A stretch of DNA of 64,000 bases from Klebsormidium nitens (GCA_000708835.1 DF237142.1:3810-67809), one strand, 5' to 3'. Counted from the stretch's first letter, positions 38,455 through 51,983 are shown. The notes: a model not told the origin generated them from the letters alone. Program-made: numbers and translations.

Positions 38455-41400
38455 CTAGCCCTCATCCTCCGCATCATACGACGGATCAATTGCTCCGACC
38501 ATCATCTTTACCAACCATAGTTCGACCGTCATGTCAACGCCCTTCTTCCGGAACTCCTCCGCTTCCAGCTCGTAGTATGACGTGCAGTCAATGAGATCGC
38601 CCACGTCCCTGTTCTTGTCGAGCGTACCCAGGAACGCTTGGGCTCGGGAGTCACGACCAACCTGCGAGTGACAGAAAAGCTTTAGCAGCAATAAAGTCTA
38701 ACTGTGATTAGGAACTCGACGATGACGGGTGGGGTTAGTACGAGGGTTAGGGTTGGGTTAGGTGCGGAGCGAGTCATTTTGGGTTTTGAGTCTTTATACT
38801 TATCAACCAGTGTCTCGTTATTACTATCAAATCCCTAGCACTATTAAAGTTGCTGAGAATCCTGCCAATCAGCGCAAGCAAGAAGATAAGCGAGCGGGGG
38901 ACCATGTCAGTGTCTGGACTATTGATACACAGTTTGCCGAATCAATCGCAGGGTTGTAGAGTGTAGAAAAGTCAGATAAGTGGTGCTTTGTGGGACGCCT
39001 GAAGGGGACTTGTTGAACGTGTTGCAAATGTCAAACCTGGTCGGCAGTGAATGATCGATTGAGCAGAGGCAAGTAACCAGGCAAAGGAAGAACTCCGTTT
39101 CAAGGATGGAAACCGACTCGGTTGCCATCTCGATTATCGCTTTTGTAGGAGGCCACTGTAGGAAGCGACCAGCCGCAGGCCCTTCCACAAACAGAATGCA
39201 GCTGCTATCTCGAAAAAGAACTGAGCCTCCCGTGACGAAAGCAGCAAAAGCTACAAGAGAAGCAATTTCACATAAGCAGCTCTTGGAGGGATTTGAGCGC
39301 CTAAATCCCCCAGAGCAAGATTGTAAAATTCCCTTGCTGAAAGAGCAACTAACTCTGCTAGCAGAGGCACCAAGTCTGCATGAAAGTACTGCGACAGTCT
39401 CAAACTCATCCGCTCATCTCCTGCCAAACCAAGCTGCCCAGGAAAGCGACACCCCTGAAGATTGAAAATCCCCCCCACCTGCGCAAACTGGAACGCCAGC
39501 GGCTTGGGCCCAAACTGCGCCAGCCGCGCGCGTGCATTCTTGATGACCTGCAGGATCGCGTCTCTCGGACTGTCCGACGGCTCCCCGTCCGTGATGGTCA
39601 CAATTAGCACGGGCTTTCGCAGCTGTCCGGACTGTGCGGGGCCAAACACGAGGGGCTGCAAAATGTTGCGCTCCATGCTCGCGGCGAGGGGGGTCAGGCC
39701 CTGGAAACGAGTCTGTGCAACGCATGCCTCGGCCTCTTGAGCCGTCCTGCAAGAATGACGAATCAATCAGAGAGTGGCTCGAGATGAGACAAGGCTCCAA
39801 GGAACTCCTCGCAGAAGCTTTCTCCGGTACAATAATGCCCAATCGAGGCTTTCTTGTGCTGAGCCCGTTACCAGAGGAGGCAAGCCCAGTTTTCATTTAC
39901 CAATTCCGAAAATAAGATTGGTAAGAAACGGGAGAAACGAGTAAACGACTCAGCCTAAAAGTCAGCGATTGGAACTTTGGGACATGTATGCCCTCTTAAG
40001 ATTCCTGTAGGCGAGTACTAAGGAAGTACAGAAAGGCCCGTAGGGTCTCGGCAGCACATGTAACGCCTTCTTGCGCGGTCTTGTAAGAATGACCAGATGC
40101 TGAAAGAGTACGAAAGGAGGTACGAGTCTAATGGAGGCGCAGAGAATGCAGCACCCAGGTGGAATCTGAAAGCGCCAAACGAGTTGGCCTTGACAGACGA
40201 CTTTGCGGAGAGATGCGAATCTGGCAGAATTGCGTCCAAGGAACAGCCCTAACAACGAATCTGAGAGATGCATGAACGGGAGTAAAGAGCACCCACGTAC
40301 GACAAGTCTGGCGGTTTGGCGTCCAAAGGCCAGAGCATGACGTGGATTGAGAGAGAGCCGAGGACTGGCAGAATCTCACAAAACCCTGACTTCACCTTAT
40401 GTTGTTCCCCTGCGCCTGCGAGTTGAGGAAGCGGATCTGGATTCCGTCCTGGTCGAATAGCGTCGCCACCTCCGAGACCTTGTTGAGAATCAGCTTCAGG
40501 TCGTCGATGCGCTCGCCCTGTTCTTCAAAAGACATGGAGGACGAGTCGTCGGCGAGAATGATGATGTCGTAAAGCCCCAGGCCCGCCAGGTCGATGGCCA
40601 GCTCCTTGGGCATGCGCCACCTGAGAGGAGGAACGAGGCGGTTGGGGAGATTCAACGACTTGCTGAGAGCAGAAATTGGTGAGCGAGTAGATGCTTTAAG
40701 AAGGAGTAGATTGATCGGAGAGTCCATGCTGTCTTCAAGTGAGGAGAAACGAGCGAGTGGAAGAGAAAGCGAGAATGGGCTGTAATCTAGGTTCAATTTC
40801 TCGCGACAAAGAAGTGAGACGTTTGTGAGAACAAAGTTCTGCATATAAAGCGAAGCCAGTGTGCTGGAAAGCCAGTGAATATGTGCCAGCATGCGCAGGA
40901 CGACAGTCTGATGTGGAGGACACCCTTGAAGGACGAGTCAAATAACAAAACACAGGCGCGCCTGTTTGAGATACAGGCCATTAATTTGAGTAGGAGTGAG
41001 TAGAGGTGCCAGGTAATGGCAAACGACAGCTACTCCACGGCTGACTTGCTGACGATAGCTGTGCCTACCAGAAAGATCGGGAATCATCGGGAGTGGTCCA
41101 AAGCTTGCAGCAGTGTTGTGCCGTAGAGGCAACGAGAACTGTGAAACAAACTTTTAAAGCAATCTCACTGACCAACGATATGGTGGAAGGGCTGATTAAA
41201 ACGAAATCACTCGCCCTGGATGTCTAAGCTCCACACAAGCCCAATACTCCAATGGTGCATTTCAGAACTGCCCTTTAACACCTTCATCACCTCTAAAAGA
41301 TTTGCATCAGCATACCCACTCTTTGTTGGCGATAGAAAGCTCTGGCTGACACTCGAAACAGACACGAAGAAGCAATCAAAAGAAGAAAGAGGATGCACGA

Positions 41401-42926
41401 AAAGGGATCTTCGATGTCCTCACTTGGCTGCCAGCTGATCAAAGTTGACGGTCTGCGCAATCCTCTGAGCTAGCGCCTGGATCGCCTGCGGCGGATAGAA
41501 CTGGTGAAGACCATTTGTCTGCACGATGCTCTGCAGCTTTGCCTGCACCCCGCCTGCGTCACCTGCCAAGAATGCAACGTGGGGTGAGATTCAGAGGTAT
41601 CAATTTCAGGATTAGCTACAAGTAGGTTGAGATGGGTCAGTGCCTCGGGCCAAGTGGGTTTAGTTTAGGGGTTAGACCAGTCCGCGAAGGTTTGTTCTTA
41701 GGGTTATGTTCGGAGCATCCCCGCAGTTTAGATACAGCTGTAGTTATGCGGTGTGCGACGCAGCATTGTAATGAACAGGTATGCAGTGCCTCTGCAGTTC
41801 TTGGGATTGGGTCTATGATTTGTCAGGAAGCGATTCCAAACCAGTTGTATCCAGTCAATTCAACAATGAAGAGACTGCTTCAGGTCTCGATCACAGCCAC
41901 TAAGCTAGAGAAATGATATCTTTAGAGAGTGGACCGGGAGTGGTGAGGTGGTAAAGTGTGCGTGATCGCCGCCAGATCTCAACCACGATCATCCGAGAAC
42001 TCGACAAGCGGATGTCTGTCTATGCTGCTTACCCTTAACTCTCGATATGAACATCTCCCTGTACAATGCTGCATGTCGACATCACTTCCTTCAATGCCAA
42101 CTCCTAAACGCCATTGATTGATCGGATGCTATATTACCAAGGACACAAATACAGCAGAAACTGGACAGAATACGAGTATCGATGCAAGTTGTCTAGCTGG
42201 TTGTTCCGGAAACAAGATTCTCCACAACTCATTCCTACTCCATGCACACCAACTCACTGCATTCTTACAGCATTGCACTAGCGCAATCCAATGACAACCA
42301 ACCTAGCAACATGTTGAAGAGACTTGGCATCTGCACTGATGTGGCCTCTTGAGCTTCTAGCAAAAAAGGTAGATAAACCAGAACTCAATTATGCAATCAA
42401 GAAGCTGTTTCTTACCTTGCGACCCCACAGTCTGCGGCTGCCCTGAGTACGGCGCACCTGGCTGTGCACCATACTGTCCTGCTTGCGGTTGAGCGGGTTT
42501 CCCTGGCTGCTGTCCTGCAGGGGGGTACGGTGAACTCCCCGGCGGTGGAGGGTAAGGAGAAGCTCCGGCGGGGGGGGGATAGGCAGAGGAGCCACCGGGC
42601 GGGGGATATGGAGAAGCCCCAGGTGGTGGGGGGTAAGGGGAAGCCCCAGGTGGTGGGGGGTAAGGGGAAGAGCCAGGGGCCTGAGGGTAAGGAGAGGAGC
42701 CCGGCTGGGGGGGATACGGAGAAGAGCCGGGGGGTGGGGGATAGGGGGAAGAACCGGGGGCTGCGGGAGAGGGAGCGCTGGACGCCCCTACCTTCTGCGG
42801 CGGCTGACCATAAGGAGTTCCCTGATACCCTGGCGGGGGCGGAGGCGGCTGATAAGGGGGCGCGGTTGGGATGGAGCCATCTGCGGCCCCGTATCCACTT
42901 GCCTTGAGCTTGCTAGCGAGACCCAT
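38455..42926 (-). CDS. vWA-domain protein with an N-terminal Pro/Gly/Tyr-rich repeat region (copy 2, inverted paralog of 22653-26148)
   Basis: Starts MGLASKLKASG (ATG at 42926) and shows the same exon blocks and intron positions as copy 1: ..TVNFDQLAAK | WRMPKELAIDL..DDSSSM..GNNIR | TAQEAEAC..FQFAQ | VGRDSRAQAFL..SYDAEDEG* (TAG at 38455-38457). Confidence 0.88.
42500..42780 (-). repeat. Coding tandem repeat, 27-nt unit (SPYPPPPG[AS]) x~9
   Basis: Eight SPYP units plus one SAYP unit in the translation; near-identical 27-nt copies around 42610-42665. Confidence 0.85.
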
Positions 42927-44682
42927 GCTGTCCAAGCTATTTGCGCTTCGTTCTGCACCAGAAAATGTGACTTAGAAGTTAGTGCGCCTTTCTTGGATTC
43001 GAAACTGAAGCGAGCTTTGTTCATGCAAAGATGTAATCTTACTGGCCCAAAGCAATGCCAAAATCGAACAATGGAAGGCAATGGCAATGCAGCGCCAGGG
43101 CTCCAACTCAGCCGAGTGTTTGACTTTTCAACTTCGTGAGTCGTGACTTCACTGTCAGACTTGGCTGCGGCGCGGTAGCTATGCGCCAGTTTGCAGCCGT
43201 CGATTTCGCAGATTTGTAGAGTAGTCCGTAGATATTGGTCACAGAATCACTGCGGCTTACGCGAGTCGTCACCTGCAGAGGGCGGACAAGGAGATCGGGA
43301 CCCTAGCCCGGGGGGGGCTGCTGGAAGGTGCCTGATCTGCAACGTACCTATTTAGCTTGACCAGAGCTCGGGCCAGGTGTGCACTGTGCAGTGGCAAGGC
43401 TCTTACCATCCGATGCACAAATTGCAATCATCGAACGGTGCATATCTCCTCGTCAGCCTTCATGGTTTTGCATCAGGCAGCATTCAGGCTTCGGGTTTGC
43501 CTTCGGGTTAGCTACCGTACGTTTGATTTCAAAGTCGGAGAGGACCTACTACTACTTAGGAACTGGTAGTAGGTTCCTAAGTACTAACCTACTAGCCTCT
43601 AGGTAGGTACCTACCTGGCCGACAGACGACATGCAGGCATCGCAGGAAATTTCAACCTTCCGGCCCGCAGAGTCTGCGTATAGAAGCCGCCCGGAGGCCA
43701 CGGGGCGGACTGGTTCGCTTATTACCCGGTTCGAGACGACATGGAAGGCGCCCCGGCCTGCCCCGGCCTGCCCCGGGCAAGTTTCGATCCACAGCTTCGG
43801 CTAGGAAGCTTCTTGGCCGGCCTAGGTGCTGCGATCAGGCAGTTGAAGTCGCAACTCCCGATCTTTCTCGGCTGCCCGGGTCAGCCTGCTTGCGGCCGGC
43901 GTGTCTTTTTACCTACGGTAATCTTCCCCAAATGATGGTCGACGTGACCTTACCTTTGACTGACGTGAGCTCCGCTTACATAGGTATACGATGGCGAATA
44001 AGGTAGCACTACCTAGTCACAACCACATGCCACATGGCCACATGAACATGACCACATGGCCACATGAAACGCACTGCACGTACCTACCTAGACATTGCAC
44101 AGTACGGGCTGCGACAGACGTCATCTTTACGCCGTACGCGTCATGATTGGTATTGCCGCCAGGATTTAGGACATCATATGACGGGCAGCCAGCTTCACTA
44201 AGGCATCCATCGGACGGTGATTTCTGCAGGCATGTCGTTGATCGAGGGAAAGTGAGCTTTTCCAAAAGTTTCTGACAAGAAGTGTTGCCTAATCAAGCTG
44301 AGTGGCTGCGGCTGCAGTTACGAGCGCCAGGGTTAAGAACCTATCAGTCACGCAAATTACGGCACGGATGCTGGCTTTGAAGTTGAAGTGCCGCAGCGCT
44401 CTAAGGATTCAGGAAGCTCTGTGAGGGCAACATGCATCATTCATGCTTGCGAGGTTTGGAGTTCACCTTCAAGTTTTAGATGGCGGGCTAGCAAGCGGTG
44501 TGACCACGTGAGAGGGAGGGTGAAGTTGTCTTTTGCCTGTCGGTGTTGGCTCTTTCTTGGTCGCAATGGAGGTGACAACCCTAAAAGAATCGATGCAAGG
44601 CTCCCGCGAATACCCGGCGGCTTTGCTGCTAGGTTTCTTCCAAGCTCGCAACATTATAGGTCGATGCTGGTAGTGAAGATCA

Positions 44683-47600
44683 TTGGACAGGCACGCTTGC
44701 AGTTGCGCTGAAGCAATGTCACGAAAAAGCCCTGTAAAGGGCTCGTTTGTACAAAGATTCATTCTGCTCCACCTCATTTCGGCTTTGGTCTGGTACACAC
44801 AGCTCCTGGATGCACAGGCATTGCCCAATAAAGCAGATGCAAAGAGTGCTGGAAATGCAGCCGTGGGGCGAAAGGCTCCAATCCCTATAGACGAGCCGTT
44901 TGAATGCTTCCCTGAGAAAAACGAGGATTGCTACTTCAACAAATACTCGTCTCCCATCTGGCCCGAGGTCCGGCGCAATATGAGCGCGCTGACTCAGCGC
45001 TGGCAGACCGTCGCGTTGGAAAAACCTCCCTATCCCGAGGGAAAATATCACGGGAGGGGCATTGCAATCTCCTGCGGTCCCAGGGGGATCAACAACCTTC
45101 CTGTCCTTTTGAGAGTGCTACGCGACATGGGGTGCAACCTCCCCGTCGAAATCTGGCACCTGTCGTCGGAGAGTCTGCCCTTCGAGCACGCCGGGTGGCT
45201 CGCAGGCCACAAGAACGTCATGCTGAAAGATCTGCTCGAGTATGCCAAGGATATCGAGATGGTCGAGACGAACGTCGGCCCGCGCATGTTTGCAATCAAG
45301 CCGCTGGTTCTCCTGCACAGCTCCTTTGAGGAGGTGCTGCTGCTCGACGATGACAACCTGCCGCTCCGGGATCCGACGTACTTGTTTGAGTATCCGCAGT
45401 ATAAAGAGTCGGGGGCGATTTTCTGGCCCGATTACTGGCGGACGAGCGCGTTGAATCCAATCTGGGACCTCGTGGGGGTGGACCCGCACGGGTATGAGCA
45501 AGAGAGCGGGCAATTGCTGGTGAACAAACGGAAGGGCTGGGCCGCGCTTGCTGTGGTGAGCGATCTTCTTTTCCGTTCTCTTGAAGCTTTCCACTCTGCA
45601 CGATTTGCTTCTTCAAGTTTTTAACCGTCCCGTCACGTCAAAGCTTTTGGGAAAACTTTTCTCCGTCCCGCACTTATATGATATGAGATGTTCCAAGATC
45701 AGCTTTTCTGCTGGATGCACCAGTGTCTTGCTGTGTGCAGAGTCAAGCTTCTGGAATGCGTGGCGCCAGGAAGCTCTTGCTTCCAGCGCACAGCCGGCAG
45801 CAGTCTGCATTACGTCAGGGGAGGGCAGCCCTTTCTTTATCTTTGAATCAAGGAGGCCGATTTGTGGAGGGCATTCAATTTTTTGTTGCCGAGGGAACAT
45901 TTTCTGAACATTCTGACTTTTCATCCAGATTCTGACATTGTCATGTCGTGTTTAAAAGATCTCGAAGTCAATGAGGCGACAACGATCGCTCGGCATAATC
46001 AGACACATTGCCTAGCACACCAATGGCTGAGGAATGCACGAGCGCAGGCATTGATGTGACAGCTGGGCTCGTCGTATTTTGTGCAACTCCTTTTGCTGAG
46101 GGATCCCTTAAATTTTCAGACACCTGATGTTCAGAAATCAGCAGCAAAGGTCAGAGGGCGTAGGACCTGACTGAACAAACATTGGGCGCATTTGCTCAGC
46201 CAGTATAGCCCTTGGGGAAGACAACATCAAGTTTATCAGATCCAAGACGCTGTTCTGTTTGTTGTTTGAAGTGGGGCTTCCTGATTGTTGCTTGCGGTGT
46301 GTGGTGTTTGCACATCTGCCTTGGTTCGTCTCGTACTTGCATAAACACAAAGGCAAACAGACTGGTCCATTAGAGAATGGACATTTCTTGGAATCTTGGT
46401 TGCCTGTGCACCGAGGATCTTCAGATCTTCCCCTCCCAAGCTTCACGAGTTTGGTCCTTGTATGTGCCTAGGCTGGTGTCACTTGCCACTGAACAGTCTG
46501 GATGGGACAACTTTCGGAAGCAAGAGACGAGAGACTTGTAGGATGCACTGGCCCTGCTCAGAGGCTTGATTTGAGCAGATTGACTTTGTTGCACTGTGTA
46601 TCCGATCGAGCGGTTCACTTGAGTTCAAGTTGCCCCCTTCTGGCAGATCTTAATGCTTTTCTAAGTGACCAGTTCTTGTGTTTCATTCTCTCCCACAGTG
46701 CCTCAGTCAGCAACATCTTGATGAACTTTTGATTGCATTTGCCTATACACAGCCTTACTACCCAGTATTGGATCCATCACTGTTTCAATTGTTGGGGTCT
46801 GATCTACATTGGATTTTGTTGTCCACACCCAGAATCTGCTTCTGTGTCCGCTTTATTAATACGTTTCGGGTGCTTGTGTAATGCGTGGCGGCTTCTGCGA
46901 AAGAAGCCTCTCGCTGGTATCGCCCCGCCTCTGGTTTGCTCTTCCAATCATCGATCTTGTTTCATCCTTCACCGTCTTGAGTTTTGCTGACATTCGGCTT
47001 CAGATTGTTGGCAGACCAAATAGATAGGGCAGACAAGCAACAGGCGAATCTGTGAAACGTCACGGTCCAGTCAATGGTAGTCAAGAAGTCAATGCACTAG
47101 CGTCTGGGAAGCCAAGTGACCAGCCAACTTGTGGCCCCTTCCACTAAACATCGTCTGCCTACATTCAAGGGGGACATTGCATGCAATCTCTAATCCTGCG
47201 GCACGTTGAGCAAGGATTCCTCTGTGTTTTACGCTTGGCACCTTGCAGACCTGCGTCTCAATGGGGGACGATGGCTCCCGACTTCTAGAATCATAACTGC
47301 CAGTAAAACATTGGAACTTTGAGCAGATGGATTGTGCGACAAACAAGGAGAAGCGCTCTCAAAAGCGCCTTCACTAAGTTGACACTAATCCTCGTGCTGA
47401 CTCTGCTTCATCGCTTTCTGTGTGCAGACACTGCTGTTCAACCAAGCGCCTTATAGATTGGTAAGCCTGCCTTCTCTTTTTTTCTCTCTCTCCTTATGAT
47501 GGCAACTCACTCTGTCTTTTTTTGTTCCTTGCTTGCCGAGAGCCATGTTGCTATTGTCTCTTGAGTACAGTGCAGATTTAGTTGTTATTATCTTCTGGCA

Positions 47601-50555
47601 AGGCGTTGACAAACCTAGAAGTATGACGGCTTGTGGCCTTTCTTAAGCAAGCTGTTGGTGATCTCTTCCTTCTTGTGCGACATTCAAGATGGATGTTCGG
47701 AGAGCAAGGAATCGCAAAGGTCAGATTGTGGTTCTCTGCGGCGCTTCATTCTTGAATGTTAGAATGCTCACATTCGCTACCGGGATGTTTGAACCGAGAC
47801 TGGTAAGGGGCAGGGTCGTCGTTGTTCGGATTCAGGATAGTCAGACATGAGACTGAGACTTCCGGGAGTCTTTTGAGTTCCTTTCGATGACAGCACATGA
47901 CAAACTCCCAAGTAATGATTGGTCAGGTCGTCATTCGCCCATCCTCAAGAACAATAGCTGTTCAGGCTTCCTTTTAGCGTTCTCCCTCGTCCTCGCTTCT
48001 TTCTTGTGTTCAGCGTTTCATGGGATGAGGGTCTTCTGGGGTGCCGTTTGCTTCTTTCCATCGTTCAATCAACCGCTCCATTAGACGATCTGCCTTGTCG
48101 AGTCTGCCTAGGTTTGGAATACTGCAGACGGCTTGTGAGATTCCTGCCGCTTATACGCATGTGTTCCAAGCGGATTGCTTACATCAGCGGCCACTGACAT
48201 TTCGTGCACTTCGTTGTCTCCGCCTTTTTGCCTCCTATTTGTCCTCGCTGGAAATCCCAAAATCAGTAGCCGATGCACAACTCTCATCTGAGTTCCTAGA
48301 TCATCGTCCGACCCCTTCAGGCCACCTCATCAGTCCCCCTCGAACAAGCATTTGTAGGAGAGCAGCACCTCACAGATAGAATGAATACCAGAGACGCACA
48401 TTCCGAGATGCGCCGTCCTCTGAGCTTTCCCCGTCCATCTACTCTGACGCAGCATGACGACCTGACGAAACATGACGACGGGCATGCACGCCTCTCCCTG
48501 ACCCCTTGCGTCTCACGGAACTTTTGGGAAAGCTCTGACTCTTCTTTCTTCCGTTCCTCAAACGGCGACACAAATTCAAAAACTCAAGAGAAGGAAAGCG
48601 TGTGCTGCTCTTGCCGGCAGCTTCTCCTATCCCAACCATCCGGAGGCCTGATCGGGAAAAGGACCCTGACATTACTTTCTTACCACCATAGTTCCTTTTG
48701 TCCTCAAGCGTGAACCTTTTATTGTTTCTGCAGCTTTTGGTGAGTAAGAAAGACCTTTGGCTTTCCGTGAAAAGATGTGCGGCGCCCTCCGCAGCTCGAA
48801 GAAGTCACCGTCTCTGAAAAGGGTCGGATGTGCCATTTAGTATTCGCAGTCCTTGAATGGAGACAGAAAACACGACCCGCTTTGCCCGGATAGCCGTGGA
48901 GCACCCTCCGTAGCTCCGAGTATTTGAAACTTTGCACCTTGTGGAAAGCGATGACGGCGCACTCTCTCTACTGCAGCTCTTGAAGAACGAAGCTGAGGGG
49001 CATCATTATAGCAGTTGCACGTGAAGCACCCTCTGCGCTTTATATGCTCGGATTTCCACCAAGCTTCAAACCCGGATTGGTGCTGTCTCTCCTTGCAGCT
49101 ATTAGAAGGCGACAAGGGCACCTACCCCTTTGCGTGGTTGGCCGAAATAGCCCCCACGGTTCCCAAGTTCGTGAATGTTGATTTCTGAACAGTTCTTTCG
49201 TTTTGGATGTATGTTTCCTCTATAGATCCTCTTCCCAAAGCTTCGCACACGGGACACCGGGTCTCTCTCTGTGTGCAGTACATTTCTGACGGCAGAGACA
49301 CACATCCTTTCGTGTGAACGGCCGCGGACAAATTCTCCGCAGATCCATAACAAGACCCAAACCATTGCCATGGCATCCCTGCAGCTCTTGATTGTCGACA
49401 AGGACTGGTACCGCTTTGCGCGAGGGGTAACGAAGCACCTCCGCAACCCGGTGCTAGCAAGACCCAAAACCAACTGAAAACATGAAGGACATTTCATTTG
49501 CCTCTGCAGCTCTTGAAAGCCGACGAAGGCAGCTACCACTTTTGCGTGGTTATCTTGAACAATCCCCTGCAGCTTAGCTCAGAAAAGACTCAAAGCGTTG
49601 AAGCGTACTGATTCACCCCTCGCAGCTTCTGAACGGCGACAAAGACACGTACCGCTTTGCGTGGATGGCGGTCAAGCAGCCCTTCTCGTTCGTGCGGCAA
49701 CCGATCGGTACGGCGGGCATGGTCGACTCCAAGAAGGAGCTGTGCGGGACGACCATGGTGCAGTTCGATCTGGACGGCCACGAAATCTTCCTGCACCACA
49801 ACATGCTCAAATCGGGGCCGTTGAAACGGGCGGGGGCGAACTGGGCGGAGGCGAAGATCCCGGTAATGGGGCCGATGGAGAAGTTCAAGCCGGTGCCGGG
49901 GGATGCGTTGGAGTTGGCGGACGAGACGAGCATCAACTGTATGGATATCAGTGGGCGGTATGACGTCAAGTTGCGGCCGTTCAAGGAGTTTGAGGAGAAG
50001 TACTTCGACTCGCACGAGGTGTTGACGGAACCGTGGCTTTTGACGAACACGACGGAACGGTTCAAAGTACCGTTCCCGGAGGACTCGGTGCTTGCGGCGA
50101 TCAAGGGGGTCAACTTGAAGGGGACGTCGACGCACGAGCTGAGCTTCCCCGCGCCCAACACGACCCGGTTAAAGATCGAGTTGACCATAACCCATGTTCA
50201 AGAAGAGGGGGAGACGGCCATCGATCCGTTGTGTGAGTCCAAGGTTTGGGTTGACCAGGTGTTGTTGCCATTGGGGCGGTGCTCGGCGATTGGCGCGGGG
50301 TATGTGGGGAAGACGTTTTTCATGCACAACAAGTCGTACCATAAGCTGCTGAGCAGGGATACAGGGAAGGGGATGTGTAGCAGGGTTTTTGAGCTAACGG
50401 CGCAGCCGTTTACGGGGGTGATCACGAAAAAGGCCGTCAAGTTGCGGCTGTGTGGATGGGTAAAGAGCGTCAACGCTGTAAGGTGTTTAAACACCAGCGT
50501 GAAGCTGCACATGCCCCGATGCAGGGGTAAACCTATGCAACCGGGATATATATAG
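44683..50555 (+). CDS. GT71 / MNN2-MNN5-like alpha-mannosyltransferase (Mannosyl_trans3 family)
   Basis: Exons: 44683-45555 (hydrophobic N-terminal anchor; GRGIAI..LPVEIWH; KPLVLLHSSFEEVLLLDDDN..DPTYLFE..SGAIFWPDYW; EQESGQLLVNK), the 33-nt micro-exon 47428-47460 (TLLFNQAPYRL) and 49626-50555 (LLNGDKDTYRFAW..CGTTMVQFDLDG..FLHHN..K). These are characteristic GT71 motifs. The start may instead be 44716, and the extreme 3' end is uncertain. Confidence 0.88.
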
Positions 50556-51983
50556 GGATTGGCGTGGTAACATAGGCTTCTGTCCTGAGGTCAAAGCTGA
50601 TCAGTGGCAAGCGGGCTTGGGTGTACAAATCTAGCACCAGCAGCGAACGTTTTCCGACATCTTCTCGGATCTGGTAGGCGACCTTGGAGGAATCGCGTCT
50701 CGAGGTTGCCGCCTATTAAATTAAGCCGCACACTATCTGGAACTCTACTGGGTAGAACTGTCCAGACCCGTTTCACCACTCTCTGTCCAACAGTAAGGCG
50801 GCTAGAAAGAGCTTCATGCTACACCCAGCAATGGGACGATAGCACGCTGTCCCCTTTTTTGAACAGCAGATTCCGATATATGTCACCTGCATGGACAGTT
50901 CTGCGCCAGCACCTTGGCCGGTATTCAAGTTTTTAAGGTCAAAGAACGAAAATCATGTTGAGTGAGAACAAGCATGCTCAAACCATGCCAAGTCATTGTC
51001 GCTTCGGCAAGTGTTTCACTGTTGCCTACAATAGTCAAATTCGGTCGACAAGGTTCTACGGTTCGAATCAGATTGATGTCTTCATGTGCAATCCGGCGTA
51101 CTCAGTACCAGGGATATATCAAGTATACATTCGTGAAGGCCCATGGTTCGATCGAGGTCGTAAGGCCCCATCCAATTTTGGCTCGATCTATTATTGAGAT
51201 GCAGGGAACCTAGATCAGCTGTATGAGTTAACAGATCGAGGCCTCTCTGGCCTTGGACAAACACTGAACAAACGGGCCCGTTGCATGTTCAAGGGACTGC
51301 ATGGATTAAGGAGTGGCCATCAAATGCTGGTCGACACCACAGGCCGCGCCTGCCCGGCCACTGCAAGATCGAACTCGGGTTGAGCGCCGAGCTTGAGTGC
51401 ATGCTAGCCCGGGCCAGCTAGCATAACATCAATGAGCAAACCTCAGACGTACTTTTCTTCCCGTCTGCCAACCTACATGCATCATGCACTCAAGTTAGGA
51501 CGTTCTTAATTGGAGCTGAGTCTAAGTTTCCATTCACCTGTAGCCAGTCCATGGCTGAGTCATGCGGGAATCATGAAAGGCTTCAACTTACTTCGTACCA
51601 TAAATTTCCAATCAATCCGAAAGTCTGCATGCAGTTACGCTGACCTCGGCCACTACGTCACGTTGAATGTTTCAAATAAGGTGCCAGTGCGGTGCAAACT
51701 CGTCACACCTGCCGTCGGCTACTAACAGCCATTAAGTAAACAACGAAGATCATGCAAAAGCTCCCATCGTGAATATATTGAACTCTGTTGACCCCGTCGA
51801 ATTCAGTGCATGCATGATCGAGACGGTCAGAGAACTAAGAAGGAATCTGTCATCATTCAGCTATGTTGTGCATAATCATGGTTTCCTTTCAGTATTCGCC
51901 GTAGCTGAGCAGGGCTGCATACCGTAGTATCCCATAACGAACAAAGCTAGTGAAGTCGTTGCGTCTGGCAGATCGAAGGACGT

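Noticed and set aside
38728-38762. GGGTTAGGGTTGGGTTAGG telomere-like tract
   Set aside because: Only two to three imperfect units in an intron, and GGGTTA-like words are common throughout this window.
48063-48087. Possible echo of the GT71 micro-exon (GTTCAATCAACCGC vs GTTCAACCAAGCGC)
   Set aside because: Too short to distinguish from chance without a statistical test.
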